64,000 nt of DNA from Mangrovibacter plantisponsor (GTDB taxonomy: Bacteria; Pseudomonadota; Gammaproteobacteria; Enterobacterales; Enterobacteriaceae). Each line of letters begins with the position of its first letter. The stretch's first letter is position 1. The stretch lies in the NCBI RefSeq assembly GCF_003182475.1, contig NZ_QGTS01000001.1:167980-231979 (forward strand). Reading direction: 5' to 3'. Position numbers and translations under genes: made by a program. The notes below the pieces were generated by a model. The model was not told the origin of the DNA and did no database searches. It saw only the letters and a program-made list of their open reading frames with translations. Positions 1-11,319 of this stretch are shown piece after piece.

Positions 1-225
1 ATTTGGGAAACCTTCCGTAACGGCGATATTGCGGCCTCACACCATGCACAGGAAGCCGTTACGGGATTACGCACTGACCTCTACAAAATTGCCTTTTCAC
101 CTGCCGTCGTTAAAGAGGCACTGGTGTTGATGGGCCATGACGTGGGGGCCAGCCGCTATGGTGTGAGCTTTACACCAGACCAACAACAGCAAATTCGCCA
201 GATAGTGAACCAGTACCTTCACTAA
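1..225 (+). CDS. C-terminal fragment of a DapA/NAL-family aldolase (dihydrodipicolinate synthase / N-acetylneuraminate lyase-like); 5' end lies outside the window
   Basis: Frame-1 translation ...LVLMGHDVGASRYGVSFTPDQQQQIRQIVNQYLH* resembles C-termini of DapA-family lyases. Stop TAA at 223-225. Lies directly upstream of the symporter/sialidase-like operon. Confidence 0.5.
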   Translation: MWETFRNGDIAASHHAQEAVTGLRTDLYKIAFSPAVVKEALVLMGHDVGASRYGVSFTPDQQQQIRQIVNQYLH

Positions 226-301
226 AGCCATTTGCGCTTTCGTCAAAAATGCAGTCGGGCATCCCAGGATGCCCAGGTCTGATACGCCCAAAAGAGAGGC
301 T

Positions 302-1720
302 ATGATGAATCATTTTACCACTGAAGATACCTTATATATTGTCGGTATCGTCGTTGCTTATATCCTGTTTACAACGTGGCTGACGTTCCGATTACGCAGT
401 AAAGATTCTGGCGATTTCATGGAAGGATCCAGAGCGATGCCGGCTTTTATTGTCGGGATCTTGTTGATGTCTGAATATATCGGTGCCAAATCCACTATCG
501 GTACCGCACAGGCAGCATTTGAATCCGGCGTTGCTGCCTCCTGGTCGGTACTTGGTGCCGCAATTGGTTTCCCTTTATTTGGTTTATTATTGGTGAAACG
601 GATTTACAACACCGGGAAAATCACTATTTCTGGTGCAATCTCTGAAAAATATGGCCGTTCAACCAAGAATATTGTATCCCTGATAATGATCTACGCGCTG
701 TTGCTGGTGAATGTCGGGAACTATGTCAGTGGTGCAGCAGCCATTTCCACGGTGTTGAAAATCAATCTTCCGGAAGCCGCCTTTATTACCGCAATTGTCA
801 GTACATTCTATTTTGCCTTTGGCGGTATGAAAGGCGTGGCGTGGGTAACAATGCTGCACAGTGCACTTAAATATGTCGGTGTTCTGGTTATTCTTGGTTT
901 TGCTCTGTACGAAACCCATGGTTTTGCACCTATGGTGAAAAACATGCCAGATTACTACTGGACATGGGATGGCAACTTTGGTGCCGGCACCATCGTCGCA
1001 TGGGTGATTGGTACGGTAGGCTCTATCTTCTGTACTCAGTTTGTTATTCAGGCGATATCGTCCACCAAAAATGTTGAATCTGCCAAACGTTCAACCTGGG
1101 TTGCGTTTTTCTTCTGCCTTCCCATTGCTCTGGCAATCGCCATTATTGGTGTCGCCGCAAAATACCTGCACCCGGAAATCCACAGTTTGTATGCACTGCC
1201 AGTATTCCTGCAGGACATGCCGGTCTGGCTGGCAGGGTTGGTAACGACTTCGCTGGTTGCTTCTATCTTTGTGAGCGTCAGTACCGTTGCGCTGGCGATT
1301 GCTTCGCTGGTAGTCAAAGACTTCTATGTGCCAATGAAAAACCCAACACCCGATCAGGAGTTCCGCGCCACACGCTGGATCTCACTGGTCATTGGTTTTC
1401 TGCCCCTTATCTTTGTCTTGTTTGTTCCTGAGGTTCTTAAACTGTCGTTCTTCACCCGTGCAATCCGTTTGTCGATATCGGTTGTGGCTGTCATTGCCTT
1501 CTACTCGCCGATGTTCAAAAGTACGCGCGGTGCCAACGCTGGTTTAATCGGTGCCTGTGTCATGACATCACTGTGGTACTTGCTGGGCGACCCATTTGGT
1601 ATCAACAACATGTATATCGCTCTGATAACACCAGCAGTCATCATGGTTATTGACCGCATCGTGCCTCATAAAAACAAAGTACAAAATCCACATACCGTAA
1701 TGAGTAATAACGGAGTCTGA
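302..1720 (+). CDS. sodium:solute symporter (SSS) family transporter
   Basis: ORF 269..1720, highly hydrophobic with about 13 TM segments and an SSS-like N-terminal region. Start placed at internal Met12/13 (302/305) behind a GAGAGG motif. Stop TGA lies 1 nt before the next ATG. Confidence 0.75.
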   Translation: MMNHFTTEDTLYIVGIVVAYILFTTWLTFRLRSKDSGDFMEGSRAMPAFIVGILLMSEYIGAKSTIGTAQAAFESGVAASWSVLGAAIGFPLFGLLLVKRIYNTGKITISGAISEKYGRSTKNIVSLIMIYALLLVNVGNYVSGAAAISTVLKINLPEAAFITAIVSTFYFAFGGMKGVAWVTMLHSALKYVGVLVILGFALYETHGFAPMVKNMPDYYWTWDGNFGAGTIVAWVIGTVGSIFCTQFVIQAISSTKNVESAKRSTWVAFFFCLPIALAIAIIGVAAKYLHPEIHSLYALPVFLQDMPVWLAGLVTTSLVASIFVSVSTVALAIASLVVKDFYVPMKNPTPDQEFRATRWISLVIGFLPLIFVLFVPEVLKLSFFTRAIRLSISVVAVIAFYSPMFKSTRGANAGLIGACVMTSLWYLLGDPFGINNMYIALITPAVIMVIDRIVPHKNKVQNPHTVMSNNGV

Positions 1721-1721
1721 T

Positions 1722-3374
<1,653 letters not shown>

Positions 3375-3375
<1 letters not shown>

Positions 3376-4052
3376 TGCCACATGCATTGGTCACTGGCGC
3401 CAGTTCAGGAATTGGTGCAGCCATTACAGAACGGCTTCTGGAAAGCGGCTGGTCAGTGACAGGAATCAGCCGTCGCCCGGCCAGCTACCCGAGCCAGGCA
3501 TTTCATAACCTGAATGTGGACATGAACGATTTACCCGCGCTCACCGCTGCGGTAACAGCCCTTGAAACAGTTGATGCTGTCATTCATGCTGCAGGTTTTA
3601 TGGCTGCTGCCCCACTGGGTATGCTGGATGCCGAACTCAGTGAACAATTGTGGCGCATCCATGTTCTGGCACCACAAGTATTACTTAATACCCTGGCACC
3701 ACGCATGCCCACAGGTGGGCGCATTGTGCTAATTGGCAGCCGTACCGCCCATGGTGCCGCCGGGCGTTCACAATATGTGTCCTGCAAAGCCGCAGTAATT
3801 GGTATGGTACGCAGTTGGGCCGCAGAATTGGCCCCCCGCGGCATAACAGCAAATATTGTGGCACCGGGTGCAACGCTTACACCAATGCTCTCTCAACCAG
3901 GCCGTGTTTCATCGCCACCTAAACTTCCCCCTATTGGCCGCTATATCGACCCAAAAGAAGTGGCTGCACTGGTCAATTTTTTGGTCTCGCCAGAAGCGGG
4001 GGCAATAACCGGCCAGGAATACATTATTTGTGGTGGCGCATCATTATCCTGA
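3375..4052 (+). CDS. SDR-family short-chain dehydrogenase/reductase
   Basis: N-terminal TGASSGIGAA Rossmann motif, 225 aa. ATG overlaps the upstream TAA (TAATG). Confidence 0.8.
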
Positions 4053-4571
4053 CCACTGTGCGCGTATATCGCTAAGGTTATACGCGCCATTTCAGCACCT
4101 TACCAGGCCAATAATCAGGCAGGAATTATTCTTTTAATTTGTCGATACCCACCACACAAAACACCCAGCCTAACGCATTGATATGTTTTATATTTTTTAA
4201 AACAAATAAAATATTACACTATATTCAATTGCAGGTAAAAATTGCCAACATTAGTTAGCCAGCCGGGAAAATTAAGCAGAATATTAGCACTTGCTTTGAA
4301 GAGAGATTATGGTAGGGTTGATATTAACAACATATTTACACAGGAAAAAACAAGATAACTAAAACACCCATCCTCATTTTAGCACAGTGCAAAAAACCGT
4401 TAAAAATTGATGGCGTTAATTTTGTTTTCACCATCATCCACATGAGCAAAAATCAATAATACGCCTGCTGCATATCAGCGCCGCCGCATTATTGATGTGT
4501 GCTCCAAAAAATCATAAATCCGCTCTGCTATGGCGGAGAATAATATGCACAACATCATAAGGAACCGTTCC

Positions 4572-5579
4572 ATGAAAAAGACCTTTCCTGTTGCACTCAC
4601 CTTAATTTCCACCGTACTGATGGCAACCGGGTCCGCAAAGGCTGCTGACTTACCCGGCAAAGGTGTCACTGTTTACCCTGTGCAAAGCCCACTCCCGGAA
4701 GAATCCTTTCAAACTGAACTGGTGAACCGCGCGCTTGAAAAATTAGGCTACGATGTTCAGCCAACCAAAGAAGTGGATTACAACGTTGCGTATACAGCCA
4801 TATCAGAGGGCGATGCCACTTATATGGCAGTCAACTGGGAGCCGTTACAGAAAGACATGTACAACTCGGCCGGCGGCGACAAGAAGTTTTACCGCAAAGG
4901 GACGTATATTAGTGGTGCCGCACAAGGGTATTTAATTGATAAGAAAACAGCAGATAAATACCATATTACTGATCTCTCACAGCTTAAAGACCCGAAAATA
5001 GCCAAACTATTTGATGCGGATGGCGATGGTAAAGCCGATTTAACCGGTTGTAACCCTGGCTGGAATTGTGGGTCGGTTATTGCCACACAAATAAAGGCAT
5101 ATGGGTTAAGCAATACTGTCGAGCAGAATCAGGGGAACTACTCCGCAATTATTGCAGAAACCCTGACTCGTTATAAAGCAGGCAAACCGGTATTATATTA
5201 TGCCTGGACGCCTTACTGGGTTAGTTTTGTATTAAAATCGGGTAAGGATGTGGTATGGCTCACCGTGCCATTCTCCGCTAATCCTGGCGGGTTAAAAGGG
5301 CTGGATACCACACTGCCAAATGGCAAGAATTATGGTTTCTCCGTTAATAACGAACACATTGTGGCAAATAAACAGTGGGCGGAGAAAAACCCGGCGGCAG
5401 CCAAACTGTTTGCCATTATGAAACTCCCCCTGGCAGATGTGAACGCCCAGAATCTACGGATGCATGAAGGCCAGGACTCAGCACAGGATGTTCAGCAACA
5501 GGTCGATGGCTGGATTAAAGCGCACCAAAGTACCTTCGATGGCTGGGTAAAACAGGCTATGGCTGCCGCGGGTAAATAA
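4572..5579 (+). CDS. proX: glycine betaine/proline betaine-binding periplasmic protein ProX (orphan; no proV/proW nearby)
   Basis: Near full-length similarity to E. coli ProX ([37 protein letters not shown]..). Signal peptide present. Start at Met15 of ORF 4530..5579 behind an AAGGAA motif. Confidence 0.85.
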   Translation: MKKTFPVALTLISTVLMATGSAKAADLPGKGVTVYPVQSPLPEESFQTELVNRALEKLGYDVQPTKEVDYNVAYTAISEGDATYMAVNWEPLQKDMYNSAGGDKKFYRKGTYISGAAQGYLIDKKTADKYHITDLSQLKDPKIAKLFDADGDGKADLTGCNPGWNCGSVIATQIKAYGLSNTVEQNQGNYSAIIAETLTRYKAGKPVLYYAWTPYWVSFVLKSGKDVVWLTVPFSANPGGLKGLDTTLPNGKNYGFSVNNEHIVANKQWAEKNPAAAKLFAIMKLPLADVNAQNLRMHEGQDSAQDVQQQVDGWIKAHQSTFDGWVKQAMAAAGK

Positions 5580-5651
5580 CCTGGTTAATTGTGTTACCCC
5601 CCGCCAACTGCGGGGTAACCAAACTCAGAAAAGGTTACCTGAAGAGTACAA

Positions 5652-5690
5652 CCAGAAAGAAACCCGCGGGTTTCTTTCTGGTTTGTTTAT
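5652..5690. terminator. perfect 15-bp inverted repeat hairpin plus T-tract; bidirectional terminator between proX and the EF-hand gene
   Basis: ccagaaagaaacccg/cgggtttctttctgg followed by tttgtttat. Confidence 0.7.
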
Positions 5691-5727
5691 GTACCACATA
5701 CCACTGTGTATCACCGTATCGCGAATA

Positions 5728-6000
5728 CTAACGGTGGGCAGCGACAAATGATTCAATCTGCGCCTGAGTGATACTGCCCGTACCCTGGGTATCAATTTCA
5801 CTAAAATGCTTCGCCACCATCGGCATACCCGCCTGCGCTTCTTGCAATGTCAGCTTACCATCATGGTTGGTATCCGCTTGTGAAAACCGCTGAGCCAATC
5901 TTGCAGATTGAGTGGCAGCAACAGCCAGTGTGGTACTGCCAGCCAGTGTGGTACTGCCAGCCAGTAACAACCCGGCCATTAAAAATGTACGTATTTTCAT
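5728..6000 (-). CDS. small secreted EF-hand calcium-binding protein
   Basis: Signal peptide. Canonical EF loop DTNHDGKLTLQE plus a second degenerate loop DTQGTGSITQAQ. 90 aa. Confidence 0.7.
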   Translation of the reverse strand: MKIRTFLMAGLLLAGSTTLAGSTTLAVAATQSARLAQRFSQADTNHDGKLTLQEAQAGMPMVAKHFSEIDTQGTGSITQAQIESFVAAHR

Positions 6001-6319
6001 TGTAGCATCCTTTTATTTTCGCAGAATTGCGGCGCTATTTATTCACCACAATTTTATTTATGGTTACCAGAATAAAATTATGTCACCTGATGTCGCCATG
6101 AATAAAACCAGTGACATGCCATGACATAATTCACCACTTCTGAAGTATGGAAAATAAAAATAGAATAATCAGTGCAGAGCAAACTATGGCCAACTGAGCA
6201 CCACAAGCCATTATTTTCGGTAATAAACTTTTGGTAATAAATACAGCCCACACACAGCAACCACTTAATTATCAACCTAAAAACTGAAATTCATTATTTA
6301 TTAATAAAGGCTTAGCACG

Positions 6320-6748
6320 ATGAATAATAAATCAATGAATAATAAACGATGCCAGCAGCTTATCGGTGTCCTGGGGTTATTATGCACTTTTTTAACCGTG
6401 GCACCCAGGCTTATGGCTGAAGAGCCGGAGCACATCAACCTGGTTTCTCCTGCCAGGCTGGTTATTATTACCCCGGCACATCCCCCGCGTTTGTTAGTGG
6501 CAGCACCACCTCCTCCTGTAGGCTCCAGAATGCCCCGTGGAATGTATTGGAAACCCAGGCCCCCTCATGGGCCTTCTCAGCCAGGCCATCCCGGGCAGCC
6601 AATGGCACCCAATGGGCAACCAGGAATGAAACAGCAACAACCAGGGCAACCGGGAGGTTCGCCGCAACAACCCGGGCAGCCACAACAGCCAGAAGGCGCG
6701 CCACAACAAGGTGAGCCGGGGTATGTTGCTCCAGCCACACATGCCTGA
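6320..6748 (+). CDS. secreted Pro/Gln/Gly-rich low-complexity protein of unknown function; first gene of the efflux operon
   Basis: Signal peptide (..APRLMA-EE). C-terminal PGQP/QQP repeats with scattered His/Met. 15 bp upstream of the MFP gene. Confidence 0.5.
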   Translation: MNNKSMNNKRCQQLIGVLGLLCTFLTVAPRLMAEEPEHINLVSPARLVIITPAHPPRLLVAAPPPPVGSRMPRGMYWKPRPPHGPSQPGHPGQPMAPNGQPGMKQQQPGQPGGSPQQPGQPQQPEGAPQQGEPGYVAPATHA

Positions 6749-6763
6749 GGAACGGTAACGATA

Positions 6764-7951
6764 ATGCAGTGGCCTGTTACTCTCAAACAAACGTTACTCA
6801 ATAACGCGGGCAAAATCAGCGTGCTTTTGCTGCTGGCTGCCATGCTGTGCACTATTGGGTATCTGTTACCTAAACGCACCCAGGTGTTTCGCCCAACGCG
6901 TGAAGTCCTGCACCAGTCATTCAGCGGCGCAGGCGAAATGGCAGCACTTAACCAGGCACAACTGTCCAGCAAAACGCCATTGCGCCTGCAGTCTCTGCTG
7001 GTTGATACGGGCGATAAAGTCAAACGAGGTGAACTCCTTGCCCAGTTTGATGACCAGGAGCTGCAGGCAGATGAGCAGGCAGCCAAAGCCGCCCTTGATG
7101 GAGCAGTGAGTAGTGAAGCCGCGGCACACACCAACTGGCTGCGCCAACAGCATATTGAGCAACAGGCCAAAGATGATGACCGCCGCGCACATATTCTGGC
7201 CCGCACAGGTAAAGGCGCGATTTCACAAAGCGACCTGGAAAATGCCAAAACCAGCCTGCAGACAGCCCAGCTAGACCTGGCGTCAGCCCGGTTCCAGTGG
7301 CAGCAGGCACAACACGCCCATACAGAGGCACAGGCACAATGGCGCGCCGCTCAGTCGCGCCTTGCGGATACCCGAATGGTGGCGCCATTCAGCGGCTTAA
7401 TTACCGGCAGAAAGTGCAGTGAAGGCGACATTATCTCCCCCGGCACAGCCTGTATTGAGTTAACCGATACTCAATCGCTGTACATCAGTGCACGCTTTGA
7501 TGAATCAGTACTGGGCACCATCCAGGTGGGTGACAGTTGCGAGGTTTTTCTGCGCTCACACCCGAACCAGGCCCTGCACGGCTATGTGGAGCGGATAAAC
7601 CGCAGCGTAGACAGCGACACGCGCGAATTCACCGCCAATATTGGGTTACCGGCCCTGCCCCCTGGCTGGGCGCTGGGTGAGCGAGCGGTTGTAGTTCTTC
7701 ACCACACCAGTGCGCAGCCTGTGCTTACCCTGCCAGAGCACCTGCTCACCCATGCAAACAGAGAAACCTGGGTTTGGTTGCTGGACAAAGGGCATGCGGT
7801 CTTGCGCAAGGTGCAAATTGGGCAACACACCGAACAGGCCAGTGAAATCACACAAGGGGTAACACCAGACAGCCTGGTACTGCCACCGGCCCACTACCGC
7901 CCCGGGCGGCGTATCAGCCCGGTCAGGAGCGAAGATGAATCTCGCGATTAA
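6764..7951 (+). CDS. efflux periplasmic adaptor / membrane fusion protein (HlyD family)
   Basis: N-terminal TM anchor, coiled-coil region rich in Q/A, C-terminal beta-barrel-like region. Overlaps the permease gene. Confidence 0.75.
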   Translation: MQWPVTLKQTLLNNAGKISVLLLLAAMLCTIGYLLPKRTQVFRPTREVLHQSFSGAGEMAALNQAQLSSKTPLRLQSLLVDTGDKVKRGELLAQFDDQELQADEQAAKAALDGAVSSEAAAHTNWLRQQHIEQQAKDDDRRAHILARTGKGAISQSDLENAKTSLQTAQLDLASARFQWQQAQHAHTEAQAQWRAAQSRLADTRMVAPFSGLITGRKCSEGDIISPGTACIELTDTQSLYISARFDESVLGTIQVGDSCEVFLRSHPNQALHGYVERINRSVDSDTREFTANIGLPALPPGWALGERAVVVLHHTSAQPVLTLPEHLLTHANRETWVWLLDKGHAVLRKVQIGQHTEQASEITQGVTPDSLVLPPAHYRPGRRISPVRSEDESRD

Positions 7952-9074
7952 AGACATTCGCGCGGGTCTGTTTCGCTTTACGCTAACCTGCGTGGGGATT
8001 GGTTTAATGCTGATGACATCGCTGGCTATGACTGGGTTGTATCAGGGGATCGTGGCAGATGCATTGTCCATTATTGACCACGCCCATGCAGATTTATGGG
8101 TAATTGAAGCCGGAACCGAAGGCCCGTTCGCCGAAAGCTCACTCATTGACCGCAGCGTACTGAGCCGTTCTCTGGCCTTACAGGATGTCGCAACCGCCCG
8201 GCAGTTTACCTTGCAATCAGAGCGTTTCAGCGTGCACGGTAAAACAGTGCGCGCATCACTGGTTGGGCTGGATTACCCAACAGATACCGGCAGCACTATT
8301 CCATTATCCGCAGGCCGCCACCTGCGTGCCGGGCGCAATGAAGCCATTGCAGACCAAAGTACCGGCCTGCATACCGGTGACACACTGCGCCTCGGCACAA
8401 CAGATCTCACCGTGGTGGGTGTGGCAAAGAACTACCAGGACTACAACGGTAACCCCATGGTTGCTGTGTCGGTTAATGATGCGCTGGATATCCAGGCTCA
8501 TCGCCCGGAAGAAAGTGTGTATATCTCGCGCGATACCGGGCGCGTCCAGGTGCCCAGTAAAACAGCTAATATTGCCGCAGTCCTGTTAACTCTGGTCCCC
8601 GGTGCCAACCTGCAGCAAGTGCAGCAACAAATAAACCGCTGGGGAGACGTTATCGCTCTGACCAGCGAACAGGAGCGAGAAGTCTTTTTGTATGGCAGGC
8701 TGGAGCGTTTACGGGGCCAGATAGTACTGTTCACAGCCATTTTACTGGTAGTAACCGCCGTTGTAATTGCGGTGACGCTCTACACCATGACACTGGAGAA
8801 ACTCCACGAAATTGCGCTCCTCAAACTGATTGGCGCGCGCAACCGTGTCATCATCAGTATGATTTTACAGCAGTCTATTGCTCTGGGTGCTCTGGGTTAC
8901 ACCATGGCAGCCGTGCTCATTCCCGTGGTATCACCTTTCTTTCCACGCCGCCTGGTACTGACACTCAATGATTACCTGCTGTTTGCAGTTATTGTTTTGC
9001 TGTTATGCATTGTTGGAGCGTTACTCGGTATCCGCCGTGCCATGCAGGTAGAAGCACGTGAGGTGCTGTCATGA
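7935..9074 (+). CDS. ABC transporter permease, FtsX/MacB-like (4 TM, large periplasmic domain)
   Basis: Topology TM1, ~220-aa periplasmic domain, then 3 TM, typical of DevC/LolC/MacB-type permeases. 4-nt overlap with the ATPase gene. Confidence 0.8.
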   Translation: MNLAIKDIRAGLFRFTLTCVGIGLMLMTSLAMTGLYQGIVADALSIIDHAHADLWVIEAGTEGPFAESSLIDRSVLSRSLALQDVATARQFTLQSERFSVHGKTVRASLVGLDYPTDTGSTIPLSAGRHLRAGRNEAIADQSTGLHTGDTLRLGTTDLTVVGVAKNYQDYNGNPMVAVSVNDALDIQAHRPEESVYISRDTGRVQVPSKTANIAAVLLTLVPGANLQQVQQQINRWGDVIALTSEQEREVFLYGRLERLRGQIVLFTAILLVVTAVVIAVTLYTMTLEKLHEIALLKLIGARNRVIISMILQQSIALGALGYTMAAVLIPVVSPFFPRRLVLTLNDYLLFAVIVLLLCIVGALLGIRRAMQVEAREVLS

Positions 9075-9793
9075 AACGTGCGGTCATTGAGCTCAGCGGT
9101 ATTACCAAGTGCTATGGCCAGGGCCTCACCCAGGTTACCGCCATCGCCAATGTCACGACCACGCTGTATGCCGGTGAAGTTGTTGCCCTGCTCGGCCCCA
9201 GTGGCTCGGGTAAATCCACCCTGCTGATGATTGCCGGGTTACTGGAATCCCCAACCCAGGGCACAGTGACTATTAACGGGTTGTCCGCCAGTGGCCCTGA
9301 TGCCGCAATTGGCAACGTGCGCGATTTCCGCCGCAAGAATATTGGCTTCGTTTTCCAGAAACCCAACCTGATCCCCTTTCTTACCGCCCAGGAGAATATT
9401 CGCCTGGCAATGGAAATCAATGACGTGCCAGCACCACAGCAAGCCCGAACACTCGCGGATTTACTCAGCTGGCTTGAAATTGAGCACCGGGCCAATAACT
9501 ACCCCGGGCAATTATCTGGCGGTGAGCAACAACGCGTGGCGATTGCCCGGGCTCTGGCAAACCACCCGCCACTGCTACTGGCCGATGAACCTACCGCAGC
9601 ACTGGACAGCAAGCGCGGGCGCCAGGTGGTGTCGCTGTTTCATAACATTGCGCATGAGCGAGATACCGCAGTAGTGCTGGTTACTCACGACCACCGCTGT
9701 CTGGACCTGGTAGACAGAATTCTGGAAATGGAAGATGGCCAGTTAGTTGAACGCCCCATGAATAGCGTGATAACTCACGATAAGCGAAACTGA
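9071..9793 (+). CDS. ABC transporter ATP-binding protein
   Basis: Walker [10 protein letters not shown], signature [15 protein letters not shown], Walker B LLLADEPT. Confidence 0.9.
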   Translation: MKRAVIELSGITKCYGQGLTQVTAIANVTTTLYAGEVVALLGPSGSGKSTLLMIAGLLESPTQGTVTINGLSASGPDAAIGNVRDFRRKNIGFVFQKPNLIPFLTAQENIRLAMEINDVPAPQQARTLADLLSWLEIEHRANNYPGQLSGGEQQRVAIARALANHPPLLLADEPTAALDSKRGRQVVSLFHNIAHERDTAVVLVTHDHRCLDLVDRILEMEDGQLVERPMNSVITHDKRN

Positions 9794-9796
9794 ACC

Positions 9797-11248
9797 ATGC
9801 GTGTTATGAACACTCTGTGTGCCTCACTGACTGCCCTGAGTATTGCTCTGAGCCTTAGTGGGTGCCATGCCCCTGCGCTGCCAAAAGACACTACACTGGC
9901 AATCCCCAACCGGTTTAACGCAACCAGCAGCGCCTCCACAACAGCACAACTGCGCCCGGACTGGTGGGTTGAGTTTAATGACACAACACTCAACTCACTG
10001 GTTCACCAGGCGCTGGAAAATAACCCCAATATTGCCGCATCGGCAGACCGCCTGAGCGCCGCAATGGCTCAGACAGCCCAGGCCCATGCAGACCGGTTGC
10101 CACAACTTTCACTGTCGCCACAAACCAGCCGACGCAAAGCATCAACCGCAACGGATAAACCCTGGAAAGTCAGCAGCAACGGCCACGAAAGCGCCCTCAG
10201 CAGTAGCGGCCTGTTTCTGGACACTCAACCCTATGCCACCGACTGGCAGGCACCGTTACAATTGAGCTGGGAAGTGGATCTGTGGGGAAAACTGCAAGCC
10301 AGTGAAAATGTAGCCGGGGCACAAGCAGAAGCCAGCCAGGAAGACCTGCGCAACGCCCGGTTATCATTGGTTGCCTCGGTTGCACAGGGTTACATCCAGT
10401 TGCGGGCCGACCAGGCCAGTGCACAACTGCTCAGTAAACAACAAGCGGTACAACAGGCATTATTCGAAAACAGCCAGGCCAGCCAGTCGGCGGGAATCAC
10501 CGACCTGACCGCAGCAACTCAGGCACAAATGGCATTGTTTGCGCTGAATAACCAGCAACAGGCGATGAGCCTGCATATTAGTGACGATATCCATACACTG
10601 GAGGTACTGTGCGGGCTGATGCCAGGTAGTTTGGCCGGTTTACGCAGCTCACAACACTGGCCGCTCAATTTACCTCAGACACCCGCCAGCCTGCCTGCCA
10701 GCGTGCTCAAACAGCGCCCGGATATTCGCCGTGATACCGACCAGTTGAATGCTGCCCGTGCTCAGGTGAAAGTCGCCCGGGCTGATTTTTTCCCGTCACT
10801 GAATCTCACCACCAGCCTGGGTACCGAGTCATCGAGCCTCTCTTCTTTGCTGAGCGCCGGCAGTCTGCTGTGGTCGTTAGGTGCCAGAATATCTCAACCC
10901 TTGTTTGACGGCGGGCGCCTGCAGGCAAATTACCAGGCAGCAACGGCACAATTTGAAGAAGCCGCGCATAATTACCAGGCCACAGTGATTCAGGCATTAA
11001 GTGATGTCGATAAAGGGTTAACCGCTCTGCAAATCAGCAAAACCAGCAGCGAAACCGCCACCAGACTCGTCACCGCTTCGGCACAGCTTACTGCACAACA
11101 ACAGGCGCGGTTTAGTGCAGGAATGGGTACTCAGGATGCCGTAAACCAGGCCCGGCTGAGTGAATACCAGCAGCAGTCGGCGCTGGTCACATCACAAACG
11201 GCAGCCTTGCAGGCCTGGCTGACATTACGCCAGGCGCTGGGTGAATAA
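9797..11248 (+). CDS. outer membrane efflux lipoprotein, TolC/NodT family
   Basis: Lipobox LSGC, two repeat halves typical of outer-membrane factors, 483 aa. Confidence 0.85.
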   Translation: MRVMNTLCASLTALSIALSLSGCHAPALPKDTTLAIPNRFNATSSASTTAQLRPDWWVEFNDTTLNSLVHQALENNPNIAASADRLSAAMAQTAQAHADRLPQLSLSPQTSRRKASTATDKPWKVSSNGHESALSSSGLFLDTQPYATDWQAPLQLSWEVDLWGKLQASENVAGAQAEASQEDLRNARLSLVASVAQGYIQLRADQASAQLLSKQQAVQQALFENSQASQSAGITDLTAATQAQMALFALNNQQQAMSLHISDDIHTLEVLCGLMPGSLAGLRSSQHWPLNLPQTPASLPASVLKQRPDIRRDTDQLNAARAQVKVARADFFPSLNLTTSLGTESSSLSSLLSAGSLLWSLGARISQPLFDGGRLQANYQAATAQFEEAAHNYQATVIQALSDVDKGLTALQISKTSSETATRLVTASAQLTAQQQARFSAGMGTQDAVNQARLSEYQQQSALVTSQTAALQAWLTLRQALGE

Positions 11249-11319
11249 CAGACCCAGGGTGAATAACAGGGTATGGGCAAATCAATCGCCCTGACAAATG
11301 GCGTGAGCGGCAACCCCAT

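Noticed and set aside
6468-7248. Antisense ORFs including a 223-aa Cys/Gly/Pro-rich ORF (6577..7248, minus)
   Set aside because: Mirror-image artefacts of the GC-rich PGQP-repeat and HlyD coding sequence on the plus strand. No start context or homology.
11237-11268. Direct repeat GGGTGAATAACAG x2 straddling the OMF stop codon
   Set aside because: Only two short copies. The second encodes nothing and probably arose by local duplication of the gene end; no functional implication is evident.
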